Positions 12,776 to 24,817 of a stretch of 64,000 bases of DNA are shown piece by piece. A program made the position numbers and the translations under genes. The stretch's first letter is position 1, and every line of letters begins with the position of its first letter. The notes under the pieces were generated by a model that was not told the origin of the DNA, made no database searches, and saw only the letters and a program-made list of their open reading frames with translations. The stretch covers positions 9,176,001-9,240,000 of the forward strand of contig NC_043022.1 of the NCBI RefSeq assembly GCF_006345805.1. The letters run 5' to 3'. This DNA comes from Octopus sinensis (taxonomy: Eukaryota).

Positions 12776-12847
<72 letters not shown>

Positions 12848-12920
12848 CATATTGATGAAGAGAGAAAGAGATAAACATAGAGAGACAGACAGACAGACAG
12901 ATTGATAGATATAGATATAT
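12720..12920. repeat. (GATA)n/(GACA)n microsatellite
   Basis: About 17 perfect GATA units at 12777-12846. Confidence 0.95.
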
Positions 12921-13412
12921 TGGTGCAATCATGGCTGTATGATAAGAGTAGTTACAGGTGAAACAGTGTTGTTAGAAGCTCGCATCCCAACCACATGGTT
13001 CTGAGTTCAATCCCACTGCAAGCACCCCAAGCAAGTGTCTTCTACTATAGCCCTAGGTTAACCAAAGTTTTCTGACAACAACAACACCAAAGTCAACCTC
13101 AGCAGAATTTGAACTCAGAATGTAGCAATGGGCAAAATTCCACTAAGCATTTTGCCTGGTGTGCTAATGATTCTGCCAGCTCACCACCTTAATAATAGTA
13201 ATAATGATGATGATGATGATAAAAATAGATACAGATTTATTAAAAAAAATTCAACCGGATCTTTAGGATCTGAAGACACAGTTGGAATCCATACCACTTC
13301 CTTCTCTCTTCCCCCATCCAGCTTCATGATATTGAGAATATGTATATATATATATGTTAGTTGCAAGGAAGCAGTGAAGATAAGACAATATTAGCATGGT
13401 TATATTTTTTGC

Positions 13413-13625
13413 TGCACCACCACCACCACCATCACCATCAACAGCAATAACACCACTGTCACCACCACCATCACCACCATCATCACTATCATCACCACCA
13501 CCGTTACCACCATCAGCACAAGCACAACCCCATCACCACCACCACCACCATTTCCACTACCATCATCACCACCACCACTACCACTACTACAACTCCTTGT
13601 TGTTGTTACTGTTGCTGCTATTGTT
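13413..13625. repeat. (CAC/CAT)n trinucleotide tract
   Basis: Direct inspection; source of the poly-P/poly-H ORF. Confidence 0.85.
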
Positions 13626-13867
13626 TAATCCTCAATCGGCCCTGAGCCAGTACACAGACCTATGATCAAAAAGTGTTCTAGCCATGACCATCCTGTCTCT
13701 TCGTCCAAACATAATGCATCTTGGACTACATTATCTAATGTGTCTCTTTCCATATTATTGCTGTTTAGCTCTTTGTTCACCCTGACTGAGCAAACATTTG
13801 ATCAGTAGCATTCTAGGTGTGACCATCCTGTCTGAGTTTTTTCTTTTTTCTATAACTAGAAGTTTCA

Positions 13868-14530
13868 CAGGTGCAGGCATGGCTGTGTGGTAAGAAGTTC
13901 ACTTCCCAACCACATGGTTCTGGGTTCAGTCCCTCTGCATGGTACCTTAGGCAAGTGTCTTCTACTATAGCCTAAGGTCAACCAAAGACTTGTGAGTGGA
14001 TTTAGATGGAAACTGAAAGAAGCACGCAGTGTGTGTGTGTGTGTGTGTGTGTGTGAGTATGTGTGATTGTCCCACTTGACAGCCAGTGTTTGTTTATATC
14101 CCTTAATTTAATGGTTCAGCATTAGAGATCAACAGAATCAGTAAACAGTAAAAGGGTAAAGGCTCCCTTTAGTCATGAATGACCATGGGATTACACCAAG
14201 AAAGTTTCCCTCCGAGGCACAGGTCTGACCAAGGTTGTTTGTGGAAAACCAGCAGTCATCCCTGCATACCAGCCTCCACTCTCCATGCCACCAATATTAT
14301 ACAAGGGAAAGGCAAGGGCTGATACAGTTTAGCACCAGTGATGTCACAATGCATTTCTACAGATGACTGGACCAGAGCAACGTGAAATAAAATGTCTTGC
14401 TCAAGAACACAACACACAGCCCAGTCCGAGAATTGAACTCACTACCTCATGTTCTAACCACTGAACCATGCATTTTCACAGAAAAAGTACCAGGCTTATA
14501 GAAAACATAATTACTGGGGCCGACTCATTC
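13868..14530 (+). mobile_element. SINE family A interrupted by an antisense CORE-type SINE (14150-14480)
   Basis: Family A head at 13868; its body resumes (AAGTACCAGGCTT) at about 14485 after the insert. Confidence 0.75.
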
Positions 14531-14771
14531 AATTCCAATTCAGCACATGGCTACGATACTCTCCCACTCATGATAAGAGATGTACATATTGTCAGCCACT
14601 AAGGGACATGCTCAACTGATTAAGGTCAAACAAATCTGACGAGCAAATCTGTAGTATTGAGCAAAACATTTGCTGTAGGCCATCTTTTACACCAAGACAA
14701 AACATGTATATGATAACACTTCCAATCAGTTAAGATCAGAAGCCATGAGAGTTAGTGCCTAACATTGCATC

Positions 14772-14805
<34 letters not shown>

Positions 14806-14806
<1 letters not shown>

Positions 14807-17324
14807 TATGTTTGAGTTTTGTTTTATATTTGTACAAGTTGGCTCCAAGTCTCACCCAGAGACCTCAAGAGACAACAGGTTGGAAGTTTATGTTGTTGTT
14901 ATGCCTAGTGTGCCATATATTTGGGGGGGGGGGTTGTACTAATGAATGTCTAAAAAAAAATAATAAAATAATTTTTTTTTTTTTAAACCGAAAATTATGT
15001 TTGTTTTAAACCTTGAGATTACATAGAAAGTATTTTGCGTAGGATATGAGCAGTTCCCATGAACACTATCTTTTGAATTTCTGCCATTTTTGGGTTTCCT
15101 GGTATCTGAGTTAGGTAGCTATCAGCCCCTTTTGCTATCATTCCCAGGGCACCTATGACAACAGGTATTGTTTTAGTCTTCAGCTTCCACATTTTGCTGA
15201 TTTCTATTTCAAGATCTTTATATTTGCTCAGTTTTTGGTAGGTCTTGACAGATACGTTTATATCGATTGGGACAGTCATATCAATGAGGAGGCATGTTCT
15301 TTGTTTGAAGTCTTTCAATATGATGTCTGGCCTATTTGCATCTATCTTTCTGTCAGTTTGAATGGTGAAGTTCCAGAGGAGTGAGATGTGGTCATTTTCA
15401 AGCACTGGGGGTGGTTTGTGTTCCCACCAGTTTTTTTCATGGGGCAAATCCAGGTTTTTGCAGATTACCCAGTGAATATATTGTGCAGCTCTATCGTGTC
15501 TGTTGAGATACTCTGTAGGCGCTAGACGACTGCACTTGGAGACCACATGGTCAATGGTTTCATTTTGTTGCTGGCATACATGACACGGACTGCTTCTGAT
15601 CTTTAATATGTTGGCCTGGTAGTTTCTTGTTGGTAGGCATTGATCTTGAGCTGCTATGATAAACCCCTCTGTTTCAGATTTTAAGCCAGAGGCCATTAGC
15701 CATTGATGGGTCAGGACTTTGTCAACATCTGCATTATTTGCTCTCTTTGGGTATTTGCCATAGAGAGGTTTTTCTTGCCATTTATCATTCAGAATATCTA
15801 AGGCTGCAGATTTAGCACGGATTTTCATGCGCTTAGCTTTTTCTGTGTCTGTTTCTTGTATGTCTATCTCTAATTCCGAAATTTGTTGTATTCGGAATTC
15901 ACTTAGATATTCCTTTGCCTGTTTTGTTACTGAGTATGATGCTTTCTTGTTTTCATGTTTTGAGACAAGTTTTAACATCCAGTCCTCAGAGTTTTTCAGG
16001 TAGGTGTCTAGGCCAATTGTAGCAATCTTCATTGTCATTGCCAGTTGCAAAAGTCCACGGCCTCCCTCTTTTCTTGGCAGATAAAGTCGTTCTGTATCTG
16101 ACTTAGGGTGGTGCATTCTATGCATTGTCAACAGTTTCCTTATTTTTCTGTCAAGATTACATATTTCAGTAATTGACCAGTTAACGATATTGAAACTGTA
16201 AGTCACAACTGGTATGGCTAATGCATTGATCTCTTTGATCCTGTTTCTCGCATTCAGCTGTCTTGAGTATTGCTCTTACTCTGCGATAACATTCTCTCCT
16301 GATCCTTTCCTTCATCTCTGAATGCCTTATTCCTTCTCCTTCAATTACCCCTAGATACTTGTAGTTCTCTGCTGGGTCTAATTCTTTTATGACATTCTGC
16401 TGGTCAAGGTTAACGTTAGATGTTTCTGTCATTTTTCCTTTGATAAAGGTAGCTTTTGCACACTTATCGAGGCCAAATTGCATTCTGATGTCATCACTGA
16501 ATTGTTTGACAATCGCTAGTAAGCCCTTGAGTTGTTGGTCATTTTTTGCAAAGAGCTTTAAATCATCCATGTAAATGAGATGATTTATATTTTTATCAAA
16601 CATTTTATACCCGTACTGCATGTCATTGAACAGTTTTGAGAGAGGTATTAAGGCTAAACAGAAGAGGAGTGGTGATAGTGAGTCACCCTGGAAAATGCCA
16701 CATGAAATTTTTACATCACCAGCATTTAGAGATTCATTGCCACTGTTCAAAGTTAGTGTGGTTCTCCATGATCCTCATACTTACAGTCAAGAAGTTTCGC
16801 AGAGTAGGTGCTATCTTATACATTTCTAGGCATTTCTTAATCCAGCTATGTGGTAAGCTATCAAAAGCCTTTTTATAGTCTATCCAGGCTATTGATAAGT
16901 TTTTGTGTCGTTTGTGACAATCTTCTAAGATCATCTTATTGATGAGTAGTTGATCTTTACAACCGTAGGATCCACGTTTACATCCTTTCTGTTCATTAGG
17001 GAATATGCTGCTGTCTGTCAAAAAACTATAGGTATATTCCGTCAGGACAGATGTTAGTGTTTATACATAGTAGTTAAGCAGGTTATGGGTCTATAGTTTT
17101 TTGGTTCATTTGTTTCTTCACTTTTTGGAAGCAGGAATGTTAACCCATTAACTAGCCAAGGAGGTATCCTACTAGGGTGTTGCAAAACATCATTGTAAAG
17201 TTCTGTTAGCAGTTCATGGCTCTCTGGGAAGGCATTCAACCAAAAGTTAGGGATTTTATCCTTTCCTGGAGACTTCCATTTGCTTGACCTCCTGAGAGCA
17301 GATCTTATATCTTCTACCTTGACA
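14806..17324 (-). mobile_element. R4/Dong-clade non-LTR retrotransposon (RT plus restriction-like endonuclease), 5'-truncated, in a (TAA)n tract
   Basis: RT motifs KNYRPITCL, WIDYKKAFDS, GIFQGDSLSPLLF, YMDDLKLF, YKYLGV; RLYLPRKEGGRGL; CCHC (CHVC..ETIDHVVSKC), RHD and RPDII..IDMTVP..KYKDL RLE motifs; about 210-bp 3' UTR; (TTA)n on both flanks (14773-14805, 17325-17400). Confidence 0.95.
15019..17323 (-). pseudogene. RT-RLE polyprotein reading frame of the Dong-like LINE with three frameshifts
   Basis: ORFs 17054-17239, 16734-17021, 16181-16750 and 15019-16206 join through small indels near 17060, 16772 and 16258; no in-frame stops seen in the homologous frame. Confidence 0.9.
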
Positions 17325-17402
17325 TTATTATTATTATTATTATATTATTATTATTATTATTATTATTATTATCATTATCATCATTATCATTATTATTATA
17401 CT

Positions 17403-17955
17403 AAGGCAGCAGCTGGCAGAATCATTAGCATGCTGGCAAAATGTTTAGTGACATTCCGTTTGTTTATATGTTCTGAGTTCAAATTCCACCGAGGTGAACT
17501 TTGCCTTTCATCCTTTTAGGACTCGATAAATTAAGTAGCAGTTACGCACTGGGGTTGATGTAATCAACTTAATCCCTTTGTCTGTCCTTGTTTGTTCTCT
17601 CTATGTTTAGCCCCCTGTGGGCAATAAAGAAATATATTAAGTACCAGTGAAACACTGGGGTCAATGTGATAAACTAGTTCCTTCCCTAGAAATCTGAGGC
17701 CTTGTGCCTCCAGTAGAAAGCATTATTATTATTATTATACCAACTGGGCAGCAGCCAGAAATGTTAGCACACCAGGCAAAATCTTTAGTGGCATTTTGTC
17801 AGTCTGCACCATCTGGGTTCAAATTCCATCAAGGTCGACTTTGCCTTTCATCTTTTCGGGGGTCAATAAATTAAGTACCAGTTGAACACTGGGGATGATG
17901 TAATCAACTAGCACCCTCCCACCAAAATTCCTGGCCTTGTACCAAAATTTGAAAT
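17403..17955 (+). mobile_element. Cluster of tRNA-derived SINE family B (Meta-domain-like)
   Basis: GGCAGCAGCTGGCAGAA head, B box GAGTTCAAATTCC, GCCTTTCATCCTTT..GTCGATAAA..AGTACCAG middle resembling the MetaSINE domain; over 20 copies in the window. Confidence 0.8.
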
Positions 17956-17974
17956 CATCATCATCATCATCATT

Positions 17975-18180
17975 CTTTTTTACTTCAGGTTTTGTCTGAA
18001 CTCCTAGTGTCTTGCATACGTAGCGGGCTTGCTGCCTGCAACCTATGGTACCATGTTATCTGTTCTTTTTGACAATCTAATACTTTCCTGATTATTCTGG
18101 CTGTGCCAAAGAGGCAAACCTTTTGTAACAGTTGTCCTGAGCACTCTGTTCTGATTTCCTTCATATTCTTCTTGATGCCT
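17975..18180 (-). mobile_element. 3' end of a second R4-clade LINE family
   Basis: Translates LLQKVCLFGTARIIRKVLD, matching IQKIVFMGTAHILRKILS of the large element; different 3' UTR. Confidence 0.7.
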
Positions 18181-18729
18181 GATGATGACGATGATGATGA
18201 TAACGACGACGATGATGATGGCAGTGGTGATGATGATTGTGATGATGATCATGATGGTGATGATCATGATCATGATCATCATTATTTTTTCTAATTAGAA
18301 AGGTTAACTGGCAGAGATCATAGAGCAATAAATTAGCTATTTTACAGTGCTAGGTCCTGTCTCTCCTGTTCTTGGTTCAAACCCATCTAGTATCACTATT
18401 ACTTTCACTCCCACCAGGGCTGTTATTGATGTTGTTATCAGTATTACCCAAACAGCCCTACAATCAAATGTGATCCAGTTATGACCATCCTGACTTTTTA
18501 AAGTATTTTTTTCACACAGTGCGTCCTTTGTATTTCATATCTCCTGGTTTCAGCATAGATACTCCTGCATGTCACTGGACGTCATAAGAAGTGACCAAAA
18601 CAGTTGGCAAAAGGAAGGCCATCCAACTGTATGTATAACACTACATCAGAAAACTTGACAAACCTATGTCAGCATGAAAAGGAAAATGTAAAGCTATGAT
18701 GAACATGAAGATGATGGTAATGATTATTA

Positions 18730-18970
18730 AGGCAGCGAGCTGGCAGAAACGTGAAACGTTAGCACGCCGGACGAAATGCTTAGCAGTATTTCGTCTGCCG
18801 CTCCGTTCTGAGTTCAAATTCTGCCGAGGTCGACTTTGCCTTTCATCCTTTTGGAGTCGATAAATTAAGTACCAGTTACGCACTGGGGTCGATATAATCG
18901 ACTTAATACGTTTGTCTGTCCTTGTTTGTCCTCTCTCTGTTTAGCCCCTTGTGGGTAGTAAAGAAATAGG
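18730..18970 (+). mobile_element. SINE family B, full length
   Basis: Head, Meta-like middle and TTTGTCTGTCC...GTAAAGAAATA tail. Confidence 0.85.
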
Positions 18971-19175
18971 TAATGATTATGAAGATGATGACAACAATGA
19001 TGGTGGTGGTGGTGTTAGTGGTGGAGGGAGTGATGATGATGATGGTGATAGTGGTGGTGGTGTTGGTAGTGATTATGGTGATGGTAGTGGTTATGGTGGA
19101 AACAGACGTCACGATTATGGTGATGGTGATGATGGTGGTGGTGGTGGAGATAGAGGTGATGATGATGATGACGAT
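18971..19175. repeat. (GAT/GGT)n trinucleotide tract
   Basis: Direct inspection; similar tract at 18180-18285. Confidence 0.85.
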
Positions 19176-20026
19176 CCAATATGCTCTTTTTCTTTCGTTT
19201 TTCAATAAAGACAGTAAGTAGAGAGTGATTTCAGATTTAACTGCTATATCTAGCAGGCTGAGCGACCACATAGTCTTCCTTGCTGCCTCACAATGTTTAT
19301 ATATATGTGTCTATATGTATATGTGAATATTGTGTACATACATTTGTATATGTGTATGTTGTGTACATGTGTATGTATATGTGTGGTGGGGTTTTTAAGT
19401 AGTATATAAATAGCCCATAGTGAGTGTAGGCCACCTGGCATAGATTTCCATCTAAATATAATCTTTGTGTATCGTTGTTTCATAAATAAAAGAGAAAAAG
19501 AAAACCATTAAAAAAACGATCAAAAACAACAAAATAGCAACAAAACACTGAAAAAAAAAAATAAATGGTGAAACAAAAGCGTTCTTGTGTAAATTAATAC
19601 AGTGTATTTTCGGGTGTAAGAGTGTGGTATGTGTGTATGTATGCATGTCTGTTTTTATGTGTGTGTATATGTATGTATGCAATATGTATTTGTGTCTCAA
19701 TGTATGTATGTGTATATGTGTGCATGAAAGTAAATGTGTGTGTATGTACATGTGTATGACTGTATGCATACATATGTATTTCTGTATGCATGTGTATGAT
19801 TGTATGTTTGTGTGTATGTATGTATGTATGTAAGAGTGTACTACGTATGTTAATGTGTACGTATGCTTATGTATGTACCATACACATGTGAGAGTGTTGT
19901 ATTTATGTTTAAATAACTAATACTGTTTTCAACAATTTCAGAGGTTGGCATTCACAGGTTTTGTTGGTGCCCTTACCACCCTAAGTGGTTGAACCCAACT
20001 TTATAGGGAGTTTATATTTATATATA

Positions 20027-21108
20027 AAGGGTGCGATGAGTAAATTGTTGCCAGTCTATATTTTTAATTTCACGCTTTGCACATCGTTTGTTTTTATTTT
20101 TTTTGACAACACAGAACAGGAGGGTCCATTGGGCACCGTCTGCAAGGAGAACAGCACCATAACACAATTCACTCTACCAAAAATTTGGAAACGAGATGCT
20201 GTACTGCTTGGTATTCGCACCAGAGGATCCAATACAAACAGATGGTGAACACACAGAACAACTGTTGGTATGCCGTGTCCCCAAGACATGTAGTGAATGT
20301 GATAAAAATCAAACATCCAGGCAACATCAAGGTGTTTGGAGTGATCACTAGTGATGAGGAAGTAATGCCTCTATTCATCTTCCCACATGGCCCCAGACTC
20401 AACACAGAGGCCTACATCAAGTGCCTGAAGGAAGTAGTGCTGCCCTGGGTCAAGAGGGTGGCTGCTGGAAGACCCTATGTCTGGCAACAGGATGCTGGAC
20501 CATGCCACACAAGCAGGAGAACCCAGTCATGGCTGTCAGACAATTTCTGCAACCACATCACCCCTAACATCTGGCCATCTAACTCCCCAGTCTACAACTC
20601 CTTTGATTATTATGTGTAGGGTGCAGTTGAGCAAGAGACCAACAAAACTCCTTGTAACACCAAAGATGAACTGAAGGCAAGGCAGCATTCACCAACTTAA
20701 CCCTTTCATTACCAACCCGGCTCTGGCTCTGTAGTACAAATGTCTTGTTCTCATAAGTTTTTCTTTAAAATATACCACCAAACCTTAGTCACAATTTATG
20801 ATCCTAACACTAGCTGAATGATAACTAAGTTATTTTACTAAATTCTTTGTTATATTTAAAATAATTGAAAGAAACACAGAGCATCTCAAATTGAATACGG
20901 TAATGAAAGGGAACAAGGAGACCATCCTGAATAGTTGTAGGAGATTGTGAAGTTGTCTGAAGGCTGTGGTTGAAGCCAATGGCAATTTTATTGAAAGAAT
21001 TTACTCTTTAGTATTTCAAGATATTTTTATGTAATTTTGGTAAATATATCTGTTAGAATGAGATGTCAGTGTTATTTTGCATTTTTGTGTAATTTAGACG
21101 ACACCCTG
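20027..21108 (+). mobile_element. Tc1/mariner DD37D (maT) transposon, internally deleted
   Basis: ORF 20185-20619 has VWQQD-x37-D (37 residues counted between QQD and DYYV); right end CACCCTG-TA; left end AAGGGTGCGATG after TA. Confidence 0.9.
20701..20911. mobile_element. piggyBac-type MITE nested in the maT element
   Basis: Left TTAA (20697-20700); perfect 13-bp TIRs CCCTTTCATTACC / GGTAATGAAAGGG; right TSD eroded; second decayed copy reversed at 46840-47042. Confidence 0.8.
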
Positions 21109-21126
21109 TATATATTTATATCTATA

Positions 21127-21169
<43 letters not shown>

Positions 21170-21171
<2 letters not shown>

Positions 21172-21530
21172 TCTTTACTCTTTTACTTGTTTCAGTCATT
21201 TGACTGCAGCCATGCTGGAGCACCGCCTTTAGTCGAGCAAATCGACCCCGGGACTTTTCTCTTTTGCCGAACCGCTAAGTGACGGGAACGTAAACACACC
21301 AGCATCAGTTGTCAAGCAATGCTAGGGGTCAAACACATACACACACATACATATATATACATATATACAACAGGCTTCTTTCAGTTTCCGTCTATCAAAT
21401 CCACTCACAAGGCATTGGTCGGCCCGGGGCTATAGCAGAAGACACTTGCCCAAGATGTCACGCAGTGGGACTGAACCCGCAACCATGTGGTTGGTTAGCA
21501 AGCTACTTACCACACAGCCACTCCTGCACC
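21170..21530 (-). mobile_element. SINE family A
   Basis: Near-identical to 1507-1912 apart from a small deletion. Confidence 0.9.
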
Positions 21531-21537
21531 TTACATA

Positions 21538-21754
21538 CAGTAATCCCTCACCATATCACGGTTCACCTATCATGGTTTATTATTTAAGCTTACATCAATT
21601 CCTCCGTGGTGTTGTATTGCATTTATAAGAAAATAAATATATATAAATTATAAAAATAATAATAAAAATATACAATACAGTATTCTTTCTACGTCATGGA
21701 TTTTCACCTATTGCAGGGAATTTTGGAATGTAACAAATAGTCAAGGGATTACTG
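21538..21754. mobile_element. pogo/Tigger-type MITE
   Basis: 11-bp TIRs CAGTAATCCCT / AGGGATTACTG, left TA. Confidence 0.7.
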
Positions 21755-22132
21755 AATATTTACATACATGTATAGGCACAGACATGCATGTATGGTAATA
21801 AGCTTGCTGCCCAACTACCTGATACTGAGTTCAGTTCCACTGCTGGCACCTTGGGTAAGTGCCTTCACTATAGCCCTGAGCCAACCAAAGTCTTGTGAGT
21901 GGATTTAGTAGATAGAAACTAGAAGCCCATTGTGTGTGTGTGTATATATAAGATACAAAATTATGTTTCACCCTATGACCAGTAACTGATGAGAAGTTGT
22001 TGATCTTTTGTGTTTGTTTCCTATTTGATTGTGCATTTAATATATGTTTTTTAACTTATTAATTAATGGAACACTCCATACCCTTGATTTTATCTGCAGT
22101 AAGTGTTTATATATATATATATATATATATAT

Positions 22133-22800
22133 AAATTAAATTAGAGATAAAACCACTATTAGGCAAATCAAACAGTGAAAATACATAAACCAAAACATAG
22201 AAATAAAATTAATTAATATAATATACAAAACATATAAAATATAGAATTCAAAATTTAAATTATTTAAATTTAAAGTTAAAAATTTAAAATTATTAATTTA
22301 TATTTATAAATTTATATATATATATATATATATTTATTTATTATTTATTTTTTTATTAAATATATATAACTATCAAAAAGTATTAAAAAGTTTAATATAA
22401 GATAAAAAGTAAATCCACTACAATCGTTTCATGCCCATAACCTAATTCAAATAACAATAATTTAAATTCAATTAATAATTCGAATTATGATTATAGTCAA
22501 TCTTCAGGTTAATGATAATAGTTAAATAAATAATCAAATATATTTAAACAATATTTTTTTAAGAAATAAATAAAATAATAATTTTTCTTATAAAAAACTC
22601 TATTATCAAACTAGAAACTTTAACGATTATGATTATGTCATACAATCGATTATAATGTTAAATATTAATTTTTAAGGTAAGAATAGATAGAAAATGTATT
22701 TATCGATTCAGATATAATATGGCTTTTAAAAAACATAATAAACCCACAAATAATCTAATCTCAGTTATAGTCAATATCTAATTTACCTAAATATTTAACA
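22133..22800 (-). mobile_element. AT-rich Penelope-like terminal repeat remnant abutting (TA)n
   Basis: Carries the hammerhead-like motif at 22412-22514 and ends in (TA)n, as PLE pseudo-LTRs often do. Confidence 0.45.
22412..22514 (-). ncRNA. Type I hammerhead-ribozyme-like motif with extended stem II
   Basis: CTGAAGA (22507-22501), ~22-bp stem TGACTATAATCATAATTCGAAT / ATTTGAATTAGGTTATGGGCA, GAAAC-GATT-GT-A (NUH = GUA at 22421-22419); stem I imperfect. Confidence 0.5.
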
Positions 22801-22974
22801 AAAAAAAAAAAAAGACAACAGACCCTGGCACTGTCCTCTCGCTTGCCAGCTCTTGTCAAACTGTCCAACCCATACCAGCAGAGAAAATGAACATTAGATT
22901 ATGATGACAAATTGCTGTTTTAAGCTTTTACTATTTCTGGTGTACATAACAAAGAAATATTTATACACACACAT

Positions 22975-23030
<56 letters not shown>

Positions 23031-23041
23031 TATATACTGAC

Positions 23042-23165
23042 CTTCACTTAGTTCAGTTGGTTTTACATCTTTCAAGTCATCAACAATCAAATATCCAGCT
23101 GAAAGCAGTTTGCTCTGGTAGTTCGGCGGTAAAGGGAAAGAACTGATTTCTCGTTGGTTCTGCAT
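23042..23165 (-). CDS. RAD51C: DNA repair protein RAD51 homolog C, first coding exon
   Basis: MQNQREISSFPLPPNYQSKLLSAGYLIVDDLKDVKPTELSE aligns with the recalled human RAD51C N-terminus [39 protein letters not shown]; ends in phase-1 donor AAG|GTCAGT at the position equivalent to human intron 1; upstream acceptor ttctttctcatcctacccacag|G at 23211. Confidence 0.82.
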
Positions 23166-23979
23166 TTTCAAGGGGCTTACCTCTTCAAGGGTTCATTCAG
23201 GAACCAAATCCCTGTGGGTAGGATGAGAAAGAATAGAAATTCAAAAACAATTCCATGCATTTTACTTTTACCACACATTATTCTGGACATCGCTGACCAT
23301 ATGTCTGGTCAATTGAGGACTGAGTTGTGACTAAATAGCAACAATAAGAACAACATATAACTATTGTTTTCAATGATTTAGTCAGAGGAGGGGTAGTACA
23401 TATGACCCATACAACATATGCTCCCAAACTCAGACATTGGTGAGGTTCATGTTAACCCATTGTCTGTCCTGTGAATCACATGTGATATATGAGACATATT
23501 TCTTTGGTGTCTATGTCAATTATGTGAAGGTGGATGGTTCAGTGGTTAGAGCTTTGTGCTTACGATCGTGAGGTTGTGAGTTCGGATCCCAGACCAGGCT
23601 GCGTGTTGTGTTGTGCTCAATAAGGTTATAATTATCAAAAACCAAAACAAAAAAAATAAATGGCAATAACTACCAAACATAAAATTATAAAATCAAAACT
23701 TTTTAAAATCTTAATTGAAAAAATCAGCTATTTAGCAAAAATTGTAAAATTTGGTACAAATATTAAAAGAATGTGAATGAAATAAATAAAATTGCATATA
23801 CAAGTAACATGTATCCAGTGGTATGTAATTACAGGAATTAATTACAAAAATTAATTAAGAATGTATTTTTTAATGTTATTTCTTGTTACAGTTTAGATTA
23901 ACCAGTCAGGAAACATCCTGTAATAATATTTTGTTTCAGCTCAGTAATGTCATGCTCTGGTGACCTTTGTACTTTTTTT

Positions 23980-24340
23980 TTTTTACTTGTTTCAGTCATT
24001 TGACTGCGGCCATGCTGGAGCACCGCCTTTAGTCGAGCAAATCGACCCCGGGACTTATTTTTTGTAAGCCCAGTACTTATTCTTTTGCCGAACCGCTAGG
24101 TGACGGGGAAGTAAACACACTAGCATCGGTTGTCAAGCAATGCTAGGGGGACAAACACAGACACACAAACAAATATATATATATACATATATACGACGGG
24201 CTTCTTTCAGTTTCCGTCTACCAAATCCACTCACAAGGCATTGGTCGGTCCGGGGCTATAGCAGAAGACACTTGCCCAAGATGCCATGCAGTGGGACTGA
24301 ACCCGGAACCATGTGGTTGGTTAACAAGCTACTTACCACA
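23980..24340 (-). mobile_element. SINE family A
   Basis: Family A body, extreme 5' end missing. Confidence 0.85.
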
Positions 24341-24417
24341 TGTTCATTTTTAGTTCAGACATCAGAGATTGGTGAAGAACTAGTCATATGTGTGTGTGTG
24401 TACATATATATACATAA

Positions 24418-24817
24418 GGCGGCGAGCTAGCAGAAACGTTAGCACGCCAGGCGAAATGCTTAGCGGTATTTCGTCTGCCGTTACGTTCTGAGTTCAAATT
24501 CAGCCGAGGTCGACTTTGCCTTTCATCCTTTTGGGGTTGATAAATTAAGAACCAGTTACGCACTGGGGTCGATGTAATCGACTTAATCCGTTTGTCTGTC
24601 CTTGTTCGTCCCCTCTGTGTTTAGCCCCTTGTGGGTAGTAAAGAAATAGGTGTTTCATCTGTCTTTATGTTCTGAGTTCAAATTCCACCGAGGTCGACTT
24701 TGCCTTTCATCCTTTTGGGGTCGATAAATTAAGAATCAGTTATGCACTGGGGTCGATGTAATTGACTTAATCCGTTTGTCTGTCCTTGTTTGTCCCCTTG
24801 TGGGTAGTAAAGAAATA
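24418..24817 (+). mobile_element. SINE family B dimer (headed monomer plus headless monomer)
   Basis: Junction AAAGAAATA|GGTGTTTC at about 24649. Confidence 0.85.

Noticed and set aside
13396-13665. Pro/His-rich ORF; similar poly-D/G/V ORFs at 18.0-19.3 kb
   Set aside because: Trinucleotide microsatellite translations.
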